The notes beneath the pieces were generated by a model. It was not told the origin of the DNA and did no database searches. It worked only from the letters and a program-made list of their open reading frames with translations. Below are positions 61,801 to 64,000 of a stretch of 64,000 bases of DNA, piece by piece (position 1 is the stretch's first letter; the number at the start of each line of letters is the position of its first letter). The stretch is from the NCBI RefSeq assembly GCF_021028975.2, contig NC_059435.1:32488001-32552000 (forward strand), read 5' to 3'. The translations under genes and the position numbers were made by a program. The DNA is from Sphaerodactylus townsendi. Taxonomy: Eukaryota.

Positions 61801-64000
61801 GATCCATTTTAAGCTGCCAAATATTGTTTTATACAGATTTTAAGCTTCTTGTGGGTTCTTGGTTTGCTTTAGGACTTGCTTTAATTTTAATAATTTTATG
61901 CTTATTGTTTTATGATTCAGGAGTTGGGTTTGTGCGGTGCCTCAAGGAATAACAGATCCTCAAGGAATCTGAAGAAGGAACTTATACATTTTTGAAAGAA
62001 AGATTATGGGACATTGTTTTACTCATATGAAGTGTGGGCAGCTGAATGGAGAAGCAGCTTGTCATTTTGATTGTGGGCACTCTGTATAATGTCTGCAGGA
62101 AATATCAGGTCCCAGCCAGACGTTACTAAGAAGTACAGCACCTGGGATGAAGGAAATTCAGGCATATTTGGCTAGTGGTACTTCCTGAAGTAAGATCTGA
62201 AGTGACTTTCAGCATAGCCTCCTGCTACTGTCAAGCAGTGACAAGCATATATATTTTCTCTGTCTCTTTAAAGAGGCCTGCTGCTCATTGCAATAATACT
62301 TGGGTATCAAACTGGAAAAAACAAGATGATTTCTTAGGTAATTTTAAAGTGATTACTGGAAGAACAAAGATTAAGGTTGGGTAACACTCACTGTCAGAAC
62401 CAGCAGAACCCAAGTTCAAAATAGAAGGAAAAAAATGGTGGCTCAGACAAATTACTTGCACCCTTAAATGGCCTTCATTCTTATTGTGTACATATGAAAA
62501 ATGCTGTCAAGTTCATTTTCTGATATGAATATTGTCATCTGGAAAAGCCACTTTCTGAGGATACTTGTAAACAGGCAGAAAACTCCATACATTCTTAGTT
62601 TTTATCTTTTAAACAAAAAGAGAGAAGCAATGCCCGAACAATAACCTCATATAGCAATATAGCAATATAGCTCTATACATACAGATCTCAATTTCTGTAT
62701 TCATACAAGACTCTATGCTCCCAATGCATAAAGAAAATGTCCCTTTTTTGCCTGGATTGATAATCTGGAGACAAAGCAGCAGCCCATTCTGCTGTTGGAT
62801 AAACTATTTGGATGTCCCACTGTGTACTGTCTGCTTGAGGTATTTCTTCTTGGGAGAGGAGAAGCATATTCTTCTGGTTTTATGCTCCATTGCCCAACTA
62901 GCTATAGCAAAACTTCTAGGCAGGCAAAACTTCTAGGCTCCTAATTTGCAACACCAGTTTTCTAGCACCATATTATATATTTAGTCTCAGAAGAAAATCC
63001 CTACCAATTATTTTAGCTATATTCAAAAAAGCAGAACATGGCTTGTCTATAAATGCTTAATTCAATGTTCAAAATTGCTAAATCTTAAAGCAGTAACAGA
63101 AATTCTACAACTGCAGCTTATCAACATGGTCTATTCTTAAGCAGATCTACAGAGCTGGATTAGGATTTGTACACAGGCCATATTGTGTATATATTATGCG
63201 ACTAGAACAAAGACACCCTGAGAAAATGCGGAAAGCATATTGTAAAAAAAAATTTTTTTTCAATGAAGAACAAAGACTTCAAGGAAAAGACAACATCCGG
63301 AAGGAAATGGCTGATGGCATTGAAAAGATGAGTCATTCCAGAGACAGATTTAGACATATAGATAAGACTGTGCACGCTGAGACAGAAGTGTCAGAATAGA
63401 CTACATCATACATACATAAAAAGGGGGGGGGGAAAGGGAAAGAGTCCTACCTTTCCACAGTTAACGAGTCTCCTTGCCTACATTCCTGCCCTTGTCTAGA
63501 ATGTAAACTCTCCATGTAAGTGAATGTTAAGAATTTTAATGAAGTGTATACTTTAAACTGAATTATGCAGGACAACAGCAGGATAGCAACAGATGTAGAG
63601 ATCTGTGGGTGACATGCTTAGTTTCACTTGATGAATGTTTGTTTTGTTGTTCTGAAAAATTAATGTAATTAAATATTTAAGGAGAACAAGCAAAGTCTAA
63701 ATTGACTTGGGATGGATTCCTTTCTTCCAAGAGCACTTAAAAATAAATAAATATGTCAGCTGCATTTAAATTAAGAGAGGGTTTTGATCTTGAACCATCC
63801 GCTTTTATTGCAAACATTATTTTGTTGTCTCAGCAAGTCATCTACATATTGGGTGAAACTGTTTTCATTCTTAGCTTTACCAAGGTAACCAGGTGAGGTA
63901 GAAGGAACATTGGCTAATTCTTATTAGGATGGAACAAAATTAAGACGTCACAACATATCATCTGCATGATTTATATATTTTTGGTGGGCTAAACCTATCA

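Noticed and set aside
32084-64000. Upstream RBMS3 exon ([25 protein letters not shown]-type)
   Set aside because: No matching coding sequence found on the minus strand. It probably lies beyond the window.

Overview
Vertebrate genomic DNA; the repeat content (5S-derived and tRNA-derived squamate-type SINEs, CR1, L2, L1, Penelope remnants, many hAT and Harbinger-like MITEs) points to a squamate reptile, probably a gecko. The window lies inside RBMS3 (RNA-binding motif single-stranded-interacting protein 3) on the minus strand. Four canonical GT-AG coding exons (107, 47, 97 and 51 nt) splice in frame to give [19 protein letters not shown]...[33 protein letters not shown]...VSTYQ/VQSTSWMPHPSYVMQPT. 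I found no RBMS3 exon above 32,083, so that part appears to be one long intron. Most notable observations: (1) a frame-preserving 39-nt exon-like segment (19141-19179) with a good acceptor but an ATAAGT donor instead of GTAAGT; (2) a decayed Ngaro/DIRS-type tyrosine-recombinase retroelement with RNase H, YR and an SGNH-hydrolase-like ORF; (3) a truncated Ty3/gypsy element with LTR, tRNA-Lys PBS, PNMA-like Gag, CCHC knuckle and protease, whose LTR contains a 275-bp Ngaro-like insert between 59-bp direct repeats. Most ORFs in the supplied track are spurious or transposon debris. No prokaryotic-type system (CRISPR, operon) is supported. Repeat family names come from motif recognition, not database searches, and boundaries are approximate unless a TSD is given.
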